NCBI GenBank assembly: GCA_964600695.1
Contig: CAZRKK010000006.1
Coordinates: forward strand, 1 to 61,893
Length of the DNA stretch: 61,893 nt
From: an uncultured Candidatus Saccharibacteria bacterium
Lineage (GTDB): Bacteria > Patescibacteriota > Doudnabacteria > UBA920
Reading direction: 5' to 3'
Part shown: positions 50,155 through 61,000 of the stretch, piece by piece
Position numbering within the stretch: the first letter of the stretch is position 1
Layout: the number at the start of each line of letters is the position of its first letter
Made by a program: the position numbers and the translations under genes
The notes under the pieces: model-generated
Told to the model about the DNA's origin: nothing
The model's input: only the letters and a program-made list of their open reading frames with translations
Database searches by the model: none

Positions 50155-52269
50155 TTAGCTAGACCGAGTTGGTAGTTGTTCGAAAGTTTCGATCTGCCAC
50201 ACCTCTTTACCGACAAGCTCTTCAATATTTTTTAAGTCTTCCTTGAGTTGTTGTTCACGAACTTTTTGTTCACCGCTTAATTCCTGGTTCAGATTTGCTT
50301 GTCGCATCAGAACTAATTCTGCTTCAATATCGCGACGCAAAGAAATAAATCCGCGTTTGATGGAATCTTCTGTTTGGCGCAAATTTGCGGCAAATACTTT
50401 TCGACGGCGACGGACCAAAATAGCATGCACAATTATGTACGTGATCAATCCTACCAACATAACGAACAGACCAAGGATCAAACCAATGTACAAACTTTGA
50501 TATGTAATTCTAGAATTACCCCAATTTATGGCGATTGGCTTAACATCTATTTCTACCTGAGGACTAGGACTAGATAATTGAGCTCCCATTTTTGTATGAG
50601 CCCAGATAATATATTTTCCACCTTCTAAAAATCCACTATGACGATATGTCCAATCCCCGCGCTTGTCTGATGTGGTTGTAAAGTCAAAACTTCCACCATC
50701 TACTAAGCTTTGCAAATGCACAACAACATCTGCTAGAGGTTCTGTGGTTCTACCGGAAACATAAAATAATTCATCATCCTTAATATTGGCAGAGTAACTG
50801 GCAATTACTGGTGGTGAAATTTCTTGAGCTTTGACGGTAGGATAATTTTTTAACAATGAACTTCCAGCAAACATTAAGGTAGCTCCAAAAATAATCATTA
50901 CTAAAAATCCTGACATCATTTTGCCATACTTTGAACGATATTGTTGTAGCTCACTAAGCTGAGATTGGATTGTTTGAGGTAAGTGATTATCTACAACTCG
51001 ACCATGAGCCAACTTGTACCAACGACGAACAACATAGGCAACTACTAACAATAACAATAAGAGAATTAGGAATACTGGTAAAATAACTACCCATTTAACT
51101 TGCTGACCAAATGGCAACACTACTCCATCTTGACTTAAAAACCAAAACCAAGAATCAGTAACTTCCAATTTCTGGCTTACTTCTCGGAAGTTTCCAGCCT
51201 TATCATAGGCCCTAACGATCACAGAATAAGAACCATTTAACAATTCTGGAATCTGATAAGGGCTCTGTGCGTCAACAAACAATTGGTCATCAATAACTGC
51301 TTTTGGCTTGCCCTCTATTTTTAAAGGAAGTACTTTAAGTTCAAACCTATCCAAACCAGACAAGCTGTCAGAAGAATTAAATTGCGCAAATGGATTTTTT
51401 ACAAAAGTCCTACTACTTGGTGAGATTGTAATTTTGAACTCTGCTGGAGCTAAATTATCTATCTTTAAACTATAATGACTTACCCCGCCCCAACGGCCAT
51501 CTCTAAATGCCTTAATATGAAAATAGTTGATACCGTCTGGTACCTGCTTATAATTTGCTTTAGTGTCTTGGGTTTCTGGGGTATCGTCTGGTACATCTGT
51601 TGGGTTATCACTAATTGTATAACTATAGTTTGTGGCTGGAGGTAAACCTATGTCCCATATCAAACTTACGTTATTGTTTTTATACCAAACTTCTTGATCT
51701 GGATGAGTGTCCGAAACAACCACAGGACCCTGTTGTGGAGGTAACTCTAATTTATAGGATGCTCCAAAAGTGTTGTCTAAAACATTAGTTCCGCGACCGT
51801 CGTTTAGCAAGATTTGAGATTCTCCAGCAAAACGCAATGCCGCTGTTCCTACTCCTTTAACACGGAAAGTTAGTTTTGTTATTAATCCACTAGAAACATT
51901 GATTCCATTTGGAATACCACCAATGATTTCTATTTTCCCTGCACTGTTATCGTACTTAGGTGGTGTTGTGTAAATGCTGATAATTGAATTCCCAGTTGAT
52001 GGAGAAACCAATTGAAGTTTATCGGCAGGAAAAGATAAGTTAACTTGAACCGCATTTATAGTTTGTCCCTTAGTATCTGTAACTACAGAGACTTCAAAAG
52101 TACTACCAACTGTATAAGTCCCAGAACTTGGAGTTATAGCAAAGTTTGCAGCTTGAGTAGTGTTGGAAATCAGAAACCAAAGAATCACAACCCCCAACAA
52201 AGCCAGAGCTGAAATTAAAATCCTCAAAAGACTATTCTCTACTATTCGATTGTAAGATATAAAGTTCAT
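50155..52269 (-). CDS. Multi-TM surface protein with N-terminal cohesin-like domain and Ig-like modules
   Basis: 704 aa. After a TM anchor, the sequence FAITPSSGTYTVGSTFEVSVVTDTKGQTINAVQVNLSFPADKLQLVS...GKIEIIGGIPNG...LTFRVKGVGTAALRF fits the cohesin beta-sandwich pattern as annotated in similar genomes. There are three further TM segments and a charged cytoplasmic tail. Confidence 0.5.
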   Translation of the reverse strand: MNFISYNRIVENSLLRILISALALLGVVILWFLISNTTQAANFAITPSSGTYTVGSTFEVSVVTDTKGQTINAVQVNLSFPADKLQLVSPSTGNSIISIYTTPPKYDNSAGKIEIIGGIPNGINVSSGLITKLTFRVKGVGTAALRFAGESQILLNDGRGTNVLDNTFGASYKLELPPQQGPVVVSDTHPDQEVWYKNNNVSLIWDIGLPPATNYSYTISDNPTDVPDDTPETQDTKANYKQVPDGINYFHIKAFRDGRWGGVSHYSLKIDNLAPAEFKITISPSSRTFVKNPFAQFNSSDSLSGLDRFELKVLPLKIEGKPKAVIDDQLFVDAQSPYQIPELLNGSYSVIVRAYDKAGNFREVSQKLEVTDSWFWFLSQDGVVLPFGQQVKWVVILPVFLILLLLLLVVAYVVRRWYKLAHGRVVDNHLPQTIQSQLSELQQYRSKYGKMMSGFLVMIIFGATLMFAGSSLLKNYPTVKAQEISPPVIASYSANIKDDELFYVSGRTTEPLADVVVHLQSLVDGGSFDFTTTSDKRGDWTYRHSGFLEGGKYIIWAHTKMGAQLSSPSPQVEIDVKPIAINWGNSRITYQSLYIGLILGLFVMLVGLITYIIVHAILVRRRRKVFAANLRQTEDSIKRGFISLRRDIEAELVLMRQANLNQELSGEQKVREQQLKEDLKNIEELVGKEVWQIETFEQLPTRSS

Positions 52270-52279
52270 AATCCTCTAT

Positions 52280-53278
52280 CTATAAATTAGTTTCTTCCAA
52301 ATTATTTTCTGTCATCCTGCGCTTATTTAAAATATAACTCACTCCAAGAATAAATAATATCCCTAATAACCATAATAAACTATTGCCATATCTGAACCAC
52401 CATGACTGAGGATATTTAGGAAAAACCTTAATAATACGTTCATTTCCTTGTCTGTCTATGGCCGTAATGTAGATATAACTATGAAGGGCTTGATCTTCTA
52501 AAACATAAGGGCTCGAAGCCACCTTCCAACGCCCCTCTTCGATACGGCCACCTAGCGATTCTTGAATTTCATATCTATCAATACCACTTTGCTTATCTGT
52601 TGTAGCGAAGTTAATAAACCATTGACCATCAAACACTCTATCGTCCCGAGTAACTTGAGGACTAAAAGTTTCTGGAGGAATGTTATCTGGTTTACTAGTG
52701 TCTATATATAACTGCTCTTTAATTTCTGGGTCTACTGGACTACTCCCAGAACCTAATACGAATTGTTTAATACTAATTTTTGCAGGTGTTCCAAACCCAT
52801 CATTTAAATACCCTTTTAAATTTGTGATAGAAATTGCATTGGCTAATTTATTTCCAGAATAAGCAGGCATTACCAAACTCATCAAAATTCCATTTTTGCC
52901 GGTGTAGCCACCTGGGATAGTGCCGCTAAAATTAATGGAGCGAGTAGTTTCATCAAACTGTGGTCGTGTAACCCAATAAGTTATTACGGAGCCACTATCA
53001 GTAACTATGGCATTACCAAGCTCTGGAGCAATAACAATTGTTCCATCGATAGCATTAAGATTAGCTCCTTCTGTATCGATTGTGATTGTAACTGTAAACG
53101 CTTTCTCTTGTGGCAAACTTAAATTTTGTGGTTGAAAACCAACAGATGCGGCATTTGCCACAGATGGCGAAACTACTACACTTCCAATGCTTAAACTAAA
53201 AACACTTAACACAACTAACAGCAAATAAATTGCGTTAAAGTTTTTCTTTATGCTTTGAAAATATTTTTCTACTATCAT
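52280..53278 (-). CDS. Surface protein with cohesin-like domain and C-terminal TM anchor
   Basis: 332 aa. VGFQPQNLSLPQEKAFTVTITIDTEGANLNAIDGTIVIAPELG...INFSGTIPGG parallels the N-terminal domain of the 704-aa neighbour. The C-terminal TM segment is LLWLLGILFILGVSYIL. Confidence 0.5.
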   Translation of the reverse strand: MIVEKYFQSIKKNFNAIYLLLVVLSVFSLSIGSVVVSPSVANAASVGFQPQNLSLPQEKAFTVTITIDTEGANLNAIDGTIVIAPELGNAIVTDSGSVITYWVTRPQFDETTRSINFSGTIPGGYTGKNGILMSLVMPAYSGNKLANAISITNLKGYLNDGFGTPAKISIKQFVLGSGSSPVDPEIKEQLYIDTSKPDNIPPETFSPQVTRDDRVFDGQWFINFATTDKQSGIDRYEIQESLGGRIEEGRWKVASSPYVLEDQALHSYIYITAIDRQGNERIIKVFPKYPQSWWFRYGNSLLWLLGILFILGVSYILNKRRMTENNLEETNL

Positions 53279-53295
53279 GTTTATTATCTTGATTA

Positions 53296-54348
53296 TTAAC
53301 CAGTCCAGAAATACATTAATATAGAGAAGTCTTTAATATCTATAACTGAATCACTATTACAATCAACACTAGGAGGAACAGGGTTCTTTCCAAACCAGAA
53401 CAACAGAATGGAAAAATCAATCAAGTTTACTCGGCGATCCTTATTATAGTCTACACAAGATACATACTGAGGGGGAGGAACTTGATCCGGTGGTAAATTT
53501 TCACTATAAAATAAAACTTGAATTGGTTTGCTTGGCAAACTAGTACGTCCATTTAGATTAGCAGTTGCACGTAACGAATGAATACCTGCCGCAAGATTTG
53601 CTCTAAGACTTATTCGATACAAACCACTGGAATCAGCTGTCGCAGAACCTAATCCATTCCCATTAGGAGCTAGCAAGGTAACAGTGCTCCCAGGTGCAGA
53701 ATAGCCAAAAACACTATAAGAATCGCCTATTTTAATTAATAATCCACTTGCAGATAAAGTTGGTGGTAAAATAATTCCAGAATAAACATAAGGCTGTGAG
53801 GTAAATGCCGAAACATTTATTACATGTGCAGCAGAAATTTGACCAGTAGGATCTTCTGAGTAAAGAGAAAATTGATAGTTGCCAAAATTTAAGTTATTAA
53901 TTGTGATTTGAAAAGTTCCATCTGGGTTGGCAATAAGAGTTGTGGAGATACTACCATCTTTTAAGAGAGTGAGCTTCGCATTAGGGAAGACTGTGCCAGA
54001 AATAACCACTGTGGCAATTGGAGCAGTGACAGTGCCTCCACTGCCAGGGTCTTCTACCGCACCAGGAACAATAGCAGTAACATCTAAAACTTCTGAGTCG
54101 CTAACAGTATCCGCAATTACTAGATAAGTTCCAAAAGTTGCACCTACTAATAACCCTACACTAATAAAAAACCAAGCTAAGAAAATAGATTTATTAGCCT
54201 TGAATATAACCCTTCGCAGACTCAACAGTGTCTTACTACTATTTTCTGTTTTTTGTTTTAAAATTCCCAGATTTTTAGTATCTTGTAAATGATTCTTATA
54301 GTTTATTATACCATATAAAATGAAAAAATCAAAAACCCCAACCATCAA
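53296..54348 (-). CDS. Membrane-anchored protein with two Ig-like modules and a C-terminal dockerin-like duplicated Ca-binding repeat
   Basis: The C-terminus has two copies of the dockerin D-x-N-x-D-x-x-(V/I)-(N/D)-x-x-D-(F/L) segment: VDYNKDRRVNLIDFSILLFWFG...VDCNSDSVIDIKDFSILMYFWTG. The start codon is uncertain. Confidence 0.55.
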   Translation of the reverse strand: MMVGVFDFFILYGIINYKNHLQDTKNLGILKQKTENSSKTLLSLRRVIFKANKSIFLAWFFISVGLLVGATFGTYLVIADTVSDSEVLDVTAIVPGAVEDPGSGGTVTAPIATVVISGTVFPNAKLTLLKDGSISTTLIANPDGTFQITINNLNFGNYQFSLYSEDPTGQISAAHVINVSAFTSQPYVYSGIILPPTLSASGLLIKIGDSYSVFGYSAPGSTVTLLAPNGNGLGSATADSSGLYRISLRANLAAGIHSLRATANLNGRTSLPSKPIQVLFYSENLPPDQVPPPQYVSCVDYNKDRRVNLIDFSILLFWFGKNPVPPSVDCNSDSVIDIKDFSILMYFWTG

Positions 54349-54396
54349 GTAGGGGTTTAGAAAAATTAAACTAATTTTGAATCTTGGACAATAGGT

Positions 54397-55008
54397 CTAT
54401 TTTGGATTAAGGATTTCATCACCTGCCACACCACCAGAATTTATCCCGTCCGTATTTAAAGGAGCAATTTCGATAACTTTATTATTTGACGGGCGATACA
54501 AAATTGCTCTTTTTGCTTCTTGATAGATTAAAACTTTGTCACCAGCCTCGGAATTAATAAAGAATGGCTGATCTGATAACTTTGCAGGGTCTGTAACTGT
54601 TGCTATTGTGGGATCTTCATTTTCTGGTAAAATTACCAATTTCGCGACCTGCTCGACTATCTTCTTAGCTTCCTCCTTTGCCTTTGTATTTGGATCATTC
54701 TTGATTGCATTTAATTCCTTTTTTGTATTACGAAGCTCAAGAAATGATTTAGTACCAAAACCCACGATAGATAAACCGAATAGTGTTATGAAAACAACTA
54801 TTAGTAATTTCTTTTTACTAAAGCTTTTAATTTTTAACTTCTTAGTAATCCCATTAGAATTTTTGATTAAATTTGTATCCGCCGGAGCAAATTGAGAAAC
54901 AAATTCATCGGGATTATGTTCTAGTTTTTTTTGTATCCCTTTTTTTTGTGTTGACATTACTCTTTTATTATAACAAAGACTGGAAATTACGCCAATTTTT
55001 GTTAACAT
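54397..55008 (-). CDS. Single-TM hypothetical protein
   Basis: 203 aa with the TM segment LLIVVFITLFGLSIVGFG and a Lys-rich juxtamembrane region. An alternative start lies at 54957. Confidence 0.45.
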   Translation of the reverse strand: MLTKIGVISSLCYNKRVMSTQKKGIQKKLEHNPDEFVSQFAPADTNLIKNSNGITKKLKIKSFSKKKLLIVVFITLFGLSIVGFGTKSFLELRNTKKELNAIKNDPNTKAKEEAKKIVEQVAKLVILPENEDPTIATVTDPAKLSDQPFFINSEAGDKVLIYQEAKRAILYRPSNNKVIEIAPLNTDGINSGGVAGDEILNPK

Positions 55009-55018
55009 ATTTTAAATA

Positions 55019-58000
55019 TTATTCAAGTCCCAGGGAATCACTCCCACTCAAAGCATTATTTGGAATTGATTGATCCGATACAGGCTGGTTTTCGTCTGGA
55101 AGTGTTACATCCGATACAGGCTGGTTTTCGTCTGGAAGTGTTACATCACCACTTGTTTCCGAACTTCCTTCACCTACTGCATCTCCTAACCGTGGGCTAC
55201 TTAAGTCTACCGGTAACTCATCTACTGGTGAAGATGTTGAGATCAGCTCATCTTGTGAGGTTGACTTAGTTGGTACCTGAGAAGAAACCAATCGCGGCTT
55301 CTTAACCGCTAATGCTATCCAACTAAAAGTAAGGTCCTGTGGAGCTGGTTTATTCAATATGATACGGAATCCATTAACGCTCTTACGTGTTATGACTTGC
55401 TGAAGACCACTACCAAACAACTCTTCTATTTTAGAATCATCAAGTACGTTAATACTGTCTATAATACCTTTGTCAGTTTCCTGAGCTAGTCTTGGATCCT
55501 CTTCTTGAGTGATCATTGCTGTAACAGTTGGCTGCTCTAAGTATGGCCGTTCAAACACAATATCTACAAATCTATCACCAGTGACAATTTTAGCAAAACC
55601 ACCGCTATCTGCATTAAAGTATGGTCGCCCAATAAAGGTTACATCAGCAAGAATATCAATATTCTTACCATTTGAACCAATCGTTAACACTTCTAAGCCA
55701 TCTGCGACCAAGCTCGGGGTAATCACTTCAAAGGTTGCACTTAATCTATCAGTTAATATCTGAGAAGATACACCTGTATTCAATTTTTGAGACTTTATTG
55801 CCCTCAAGAAAGCGAGGATTTTTTCTTGCTTGGTAGGTTCGACATCTAAGAAGGTGTTGTTATCGAACAATACACCATCTTCATCTGGTAATTCTGTTAG
55901 GTCTGAACTATCTAAACTAAACTGCATTTCTTCCATTAACTGTTCAATTGGTAGGCCAGAAAAATCTCCATGCTCAACAAATACCAATACAGAACTACAC
56001 CTGACTACTGAGGTAGTATTGGTTTTTAAAGATTCATCAGAATTTTCTGATTCGATATTTATCACAGGTTCCCCAAAAGCACATATCCCTGCCTCTGATT
56101 GATCTGGGCTATTTGCCAAAGCTTTACCAATAATAGAACCTGCTCCGGTGGCACGCATGGCATATCCTGGAATAGAAGATGTGGTTAAGTAATCCCCTGC
56201 TTTGACAGGACCATTTTCATAACTAAACTTTACAGGAACACGTCCAGTCAATGCTACAGGATAACCATTTTCTGCTCGGGCACCTAAAATTATTCCTGGT
56301 CTAGTGGCCACAATACCAACTATGCCACCACTATATTTTCCACTAGAACGCAAAATATCATCCCCATCACCATCTTCGTCAATTACAACCACATCACCAT
56401 AATCCAAAGTTTCTGTTGAATAATAATACTCAGCTAAGTCGGCACCTTGTCCTAAACCAAGGACATCTTGCGTATACCCAAAGTTACCCATAGCTACAAT
56501 GGCTTGACGAATATCTTCAACAGCTGAAAGAGTATCTCCTTGTACCTGCTTTAAGCTAGTATCGTTTCTGCTTACTCTAAAGAACGCACCATTACCAATG
56601 GCTAAAGTTTCCGAATAAGAAGACATTGCTGAAATATTATCAGCCCCGGTACCGGACCAAGAACTTCCCAGGTCATCATTTGGATAACCAGCGTCTGTAT
56701 GAATTACTTGTGTTTTAATTGAACCTGCCCCAGCATTTGTATAGACTGTAACGCCGCCGCCGTCAGCACCATCACTAGTACCAACATAAACTTTTCTGGT
56801 TCTATTTAACTGGGTCGGTGAATCTACACTAATAGCCGTAACATTGTTACTGGAACCATAAAGTCTGGCTGGTGAAACCTGATAATCTGTCGTCGTATCT
56901 GGCGTCACCGTGAACGCTGGGTAAACCGTAAATGTTGTTGCAGTATTTGATATAATGTTTCTTGTTTGTCCAGCCCCTGTACCTCCAGTTAATTCGACAA
57001 CTAAACCCACAAATGAGTCAGGAACATAACTCTCTCCTGAATCACCGATTGTTGTGCTACTAAAAGTGGTGGCATCGGTTACAGTAGCATTTGGCCTAAT
57101 CATATGGGCCCTTCCATCTAAGTACAATTTATTTGCACTTTGTGCAGTTAAACCATCACCAGTAGTACCACCATTTGAACTCCATACCATATCATCAATT
57201 GATCCATCCCAGTAGTTTGTACCTGTAGCACAGTTAGCACCAGAACAAGCACCACCCACAGTCAATACTTGTGATGCATCTAGTGTGGCAGTTGCAGCCA
57301 AAGATGTGTCACAAGCGGCGGCCTGACGACCATCTATATATAAACATATGTCGGTATCTGTATTAGTATAAACTAAATGGTGCCATTGCCCATCGTTGTA
57401 AGTGGCGCTAGATGTAACGGAGTCGTCATAAGTGGTTTCATAAGTCCAAGTTGTAATACTATCTAAACCAATTTTAATGGCTCCAGTAGAAGTCATACCA
57501 GCCCAAATACAACCCACTGCCACTGCTGGAGTTGCCGGTGTATAACAGCGCTCGAATAAAGTATCTGAAGCAGCAGTCACACTATGCTTAAACCATAGCG
57601 AAACAGTGAAACTAATAGTACCGGCATTAAATATTGTATCAGCATCACAAGTACCATCGTCATTAGCATCTGAACACAAGTAAGAGTTGTTATTAAAGTT
57701 AACACTGTTACCGCGCACACCACCACCACCATAAGTAGGAGCTGTTGCCCCAGCTTGGTCCAAACGAGCATTGTTTGCACCAGTACCAATGGCACTGTTA
57801 GAGTTTGTAGATCCAACGGCTTCGTCAAACGGAAACGCTGCGCGAACAGCTCCTACCATGTATGGAGTGGCTACCGTAGTAGTAGTTAATTTTGACCACG
57901 AAGCAGCTACTAAGGTTCCACCAGAAGTATGCACTTCTGCCAAACCCTGGTTGGTACCTACAAATACAATATCACCAGAATCGGTTTGTCCAGCAGCAGC

Positions 58001-61000
58001 AGACTCACGAGCACTTGAAGAACGTTCAATCACGGCTAATGCACCTGGAGTAGTTGCCATAGTTGGTGCTGTTCCTGTTGTAATGGGACTTTTACCTATG
58101 GTTTCATCGTAAACCCTACCAGGAGTACCGTTTGCTTGAGTAGTTGAAACTGTATCTACGCCTTTCCATTCTTCAAGCTGAGCTTGAGTTTCGTTTGTAG
58201 CGTACATGCGACCACGAGAGGTCATAACCACCTGGTTGTAGTCATCATTAGTAACGTCGGAATAGTTAATAACTTTTCTAGTTCCCATATTGATTACAGA
58301 AACTCCAGAATCATTAGCTGCAGCAATTATGGTAACACCACGTAAGGGTCCACCTTGAGAGTCGATAGGTGCAACCAAAGTACCAGCTGAGCCTTCATTT
58401 GAACCCGACTGCACAGCAATCGAAACATCATTTACTATGTTATTTAGGATGGCAAAACCTGTTTCTGCATTATCAGAATAAGTAGCCGTACTATTTCTAT
58501 TACCAATATCTATATCTGCTTGAGTACGATTAGTTGTATTGTAGCGATACATTACATCTTGTTTAAAATCTATCGCATACATACCAGTACCCGCAGAACC
58601 GTTTGTTCCAACTACAACCACTCCATTCTGAGCTCCAACTCCAGAAGGATTATTATTTGTATCCGCTCCTAAAGAATATGTTCCAGCTTGAGTAAACTTC
58701 ATCCACAGAGAGTTATCTGACCCATCAAATATATACAGGGCGTCAGCAGTGGTTACCAAGATTGCTTTTCTTGGGAAAACAGAAGTTCCACAACGATCAT
58801 CGGAAGAAATAACACAAGGATCTCCTATACCATCATCTTTAGTCTCTGTTGCCCAAGACATTTGTTGAGACAACAAAGAATTACGCCATTCACCACCATC
58901 TGAATCCCGTGAAGTATCGTAAACAAAAATGTCTATAATCCCAGATAAGGTTCGTTGGATATCTGCGCCAATTAATTTTAAATCACCGTACACAGTTATA
59001 TCACCTCGGTTAGCAGCAGCACCGACTTGTAACATACTTAAAGGAGTTGCTGTACCGATTCCAACATAACCATTAGTAAATGCCGCTGCATATTCCGTAC
59101 CAGAACCACTACCTGCATCAACAAGTAAACCGTAACTGGTTAAATTAGAAAGTGACCCTGTTCCGCCAGTAAACCTCAAACCAGCAAAAGTACATGCTCC
59201 AGTAGCACACCCTGTGAGTGTAGGAGTTTCTATATTCAATGCATTGATTTGTTTTGTCCCAGCAGCTGTTGTATCGATCGTTGTTGCAACACTCAAACCA
59301 TTTACTATACCGGTTCCACCAGAATTATCATTACTAGCAGTAATATTAATTTTTGAACCATTGGTGGTGGTGGTTCCTGATGATGCAGAAGAGTTATCTG
59401 TGACTGTAATGCTATCCAAGCTCCCTGTTTCCGCAGAAGCATGAACAAATGTAGACGATGCACTTAACACACTACCAGTTGTCATACTTGATCCACCAAT
59501 AATACTAACAGCGGTTCCTGTTGTTAGAGATGTACCAGAGAATTTAGCGACCACTCCTGCAGTTGTTGAGTTAGCTGTTGCATTAAATAGACCGCCGCTA
59601 CCACTAAAATTCGCTGACCCTAGAAGCTGAACAATTCCATTTGATACCGAGCCTGTTGTTGCAGATGTAACCTTAAAGGCAGATCCGGAGGTTAATCCAG
59701 TAGCAGAAGAGGTTACGGTTAAGTTGTCTGTAGTAGTGGTTGCTCCCCAATCCAAAGTTTGTGCAGTTGTACCCATGTTAATTGCACCATTACCAGAAGG
59801 GTCTGCGATGGTATCAAAGGCAGTAGAGCCGCCAGAGCCACAACCTGCATCGGTCGTGTTACACAAAATTTTTGTAGTACCATTTTCGTTAATCTTGTAT
59901 TTATTTGCTGCTGTATCATACCAAATATCCCCTGCTGCAGCGCCAGATACACCAGAAACAGCAGTGTTAAAGAAGTCCCCTGTTGCTAATCCTGTACGAC
60001 CAGATGATGAATCGATAGTTAAGGTACCACCGGAACTCATCAAGAAGTCAGCGTAATTTGCTGCGGAACCATTCGCATCGTTGTAGGTTAATCGAAGGTT
60101 TGCACCAGTTGATGAGTTAATTTCTAAAGCCTTGTCCGGGGCTGTTGTACCAACAGCGACTCTACCCCCGTCTTGAACTACCAAACCAGTTACACCTGCA
60201 TTAGTACAATTCAAACAAACATTTAAGTAGTCCGTTGCCACATCATTCATATAGAAGTTGGCCCATCCTGATGAAACACCGGAGCTATCACGAAGGACCA
60301 AACCGTATTCGTCGTCTTCGCCTTTCAGATCAATGAATCCAGAAGTAGAAGAACCAGCAGTTGTGTCTATTACAATACGTCCACCAGATTGTACATAAAT
60401 ATCAGCAATTTCTGATGCTTCTGTTGCTCCGAGGATTCTCACTGAAGAAGTATTACTGTTTGAATCAACTGTTAGTTGAGCTGCTGGTGTTGCAGTTCCG
60501 ATACCAACATTACCACCTGTTAATATAGCGGCATAGTTTGTTGTGCCACCTGTGACTGCTGAATATATTCCATAATTTATATCTGCTGTACCTGATGCAG
60601 TAAAGTACCCACCATAATGAACAGTGGTTCCAGTAGTAGTTAAGTTACCAGATGCTTCACCGTATGCACCATAAGAATTATAAGTCAGTGAGGCGTTCCC
60701 TGCAGAGCTTGTGGTGTTTTGGCCAAACAATCCATAAGAATTAAATACTGTAGTACCACCAACTGCTGTAAGTGTTGGGGCTCCAGAAACTGAGGAGTAA
60801 GTTCCGTAACCGTTTGCATTTTTTGTGTTTGCGCCAGAAGGATCATTGACAATAGGACTAAATGTCACAGCCCCAGAGTTTGCATACACATTAAGAGTCT
60901 GTCCATCTGATGCAGTAGTTGCCATAGTGACAGAACTTGCATCTATAATTTGCTCGTTACCATAAATATTTACTACCGCAGGAGAAGCACTACCTTGAAC

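Noticed and set aside
55074-55145. CRISPR-like repeat.
   Set aside because: There are only two directly abutting units with no spacers, lying in-frame inside a coding sequence. No CRISPR array or cas genes were noticed anywhere in the window.
57577-60056. Multiple 60-113-aa ORFs on both strands inside the giant gene, and similar antisense ORFs inside ychF, gdh, valS, cca, the ABC-F gene and others.
   Set aside because: They are fully nested in much longer, motif-supported ORFs and their repetitive compositions mirror the host frame. They are treated as frame shadows.
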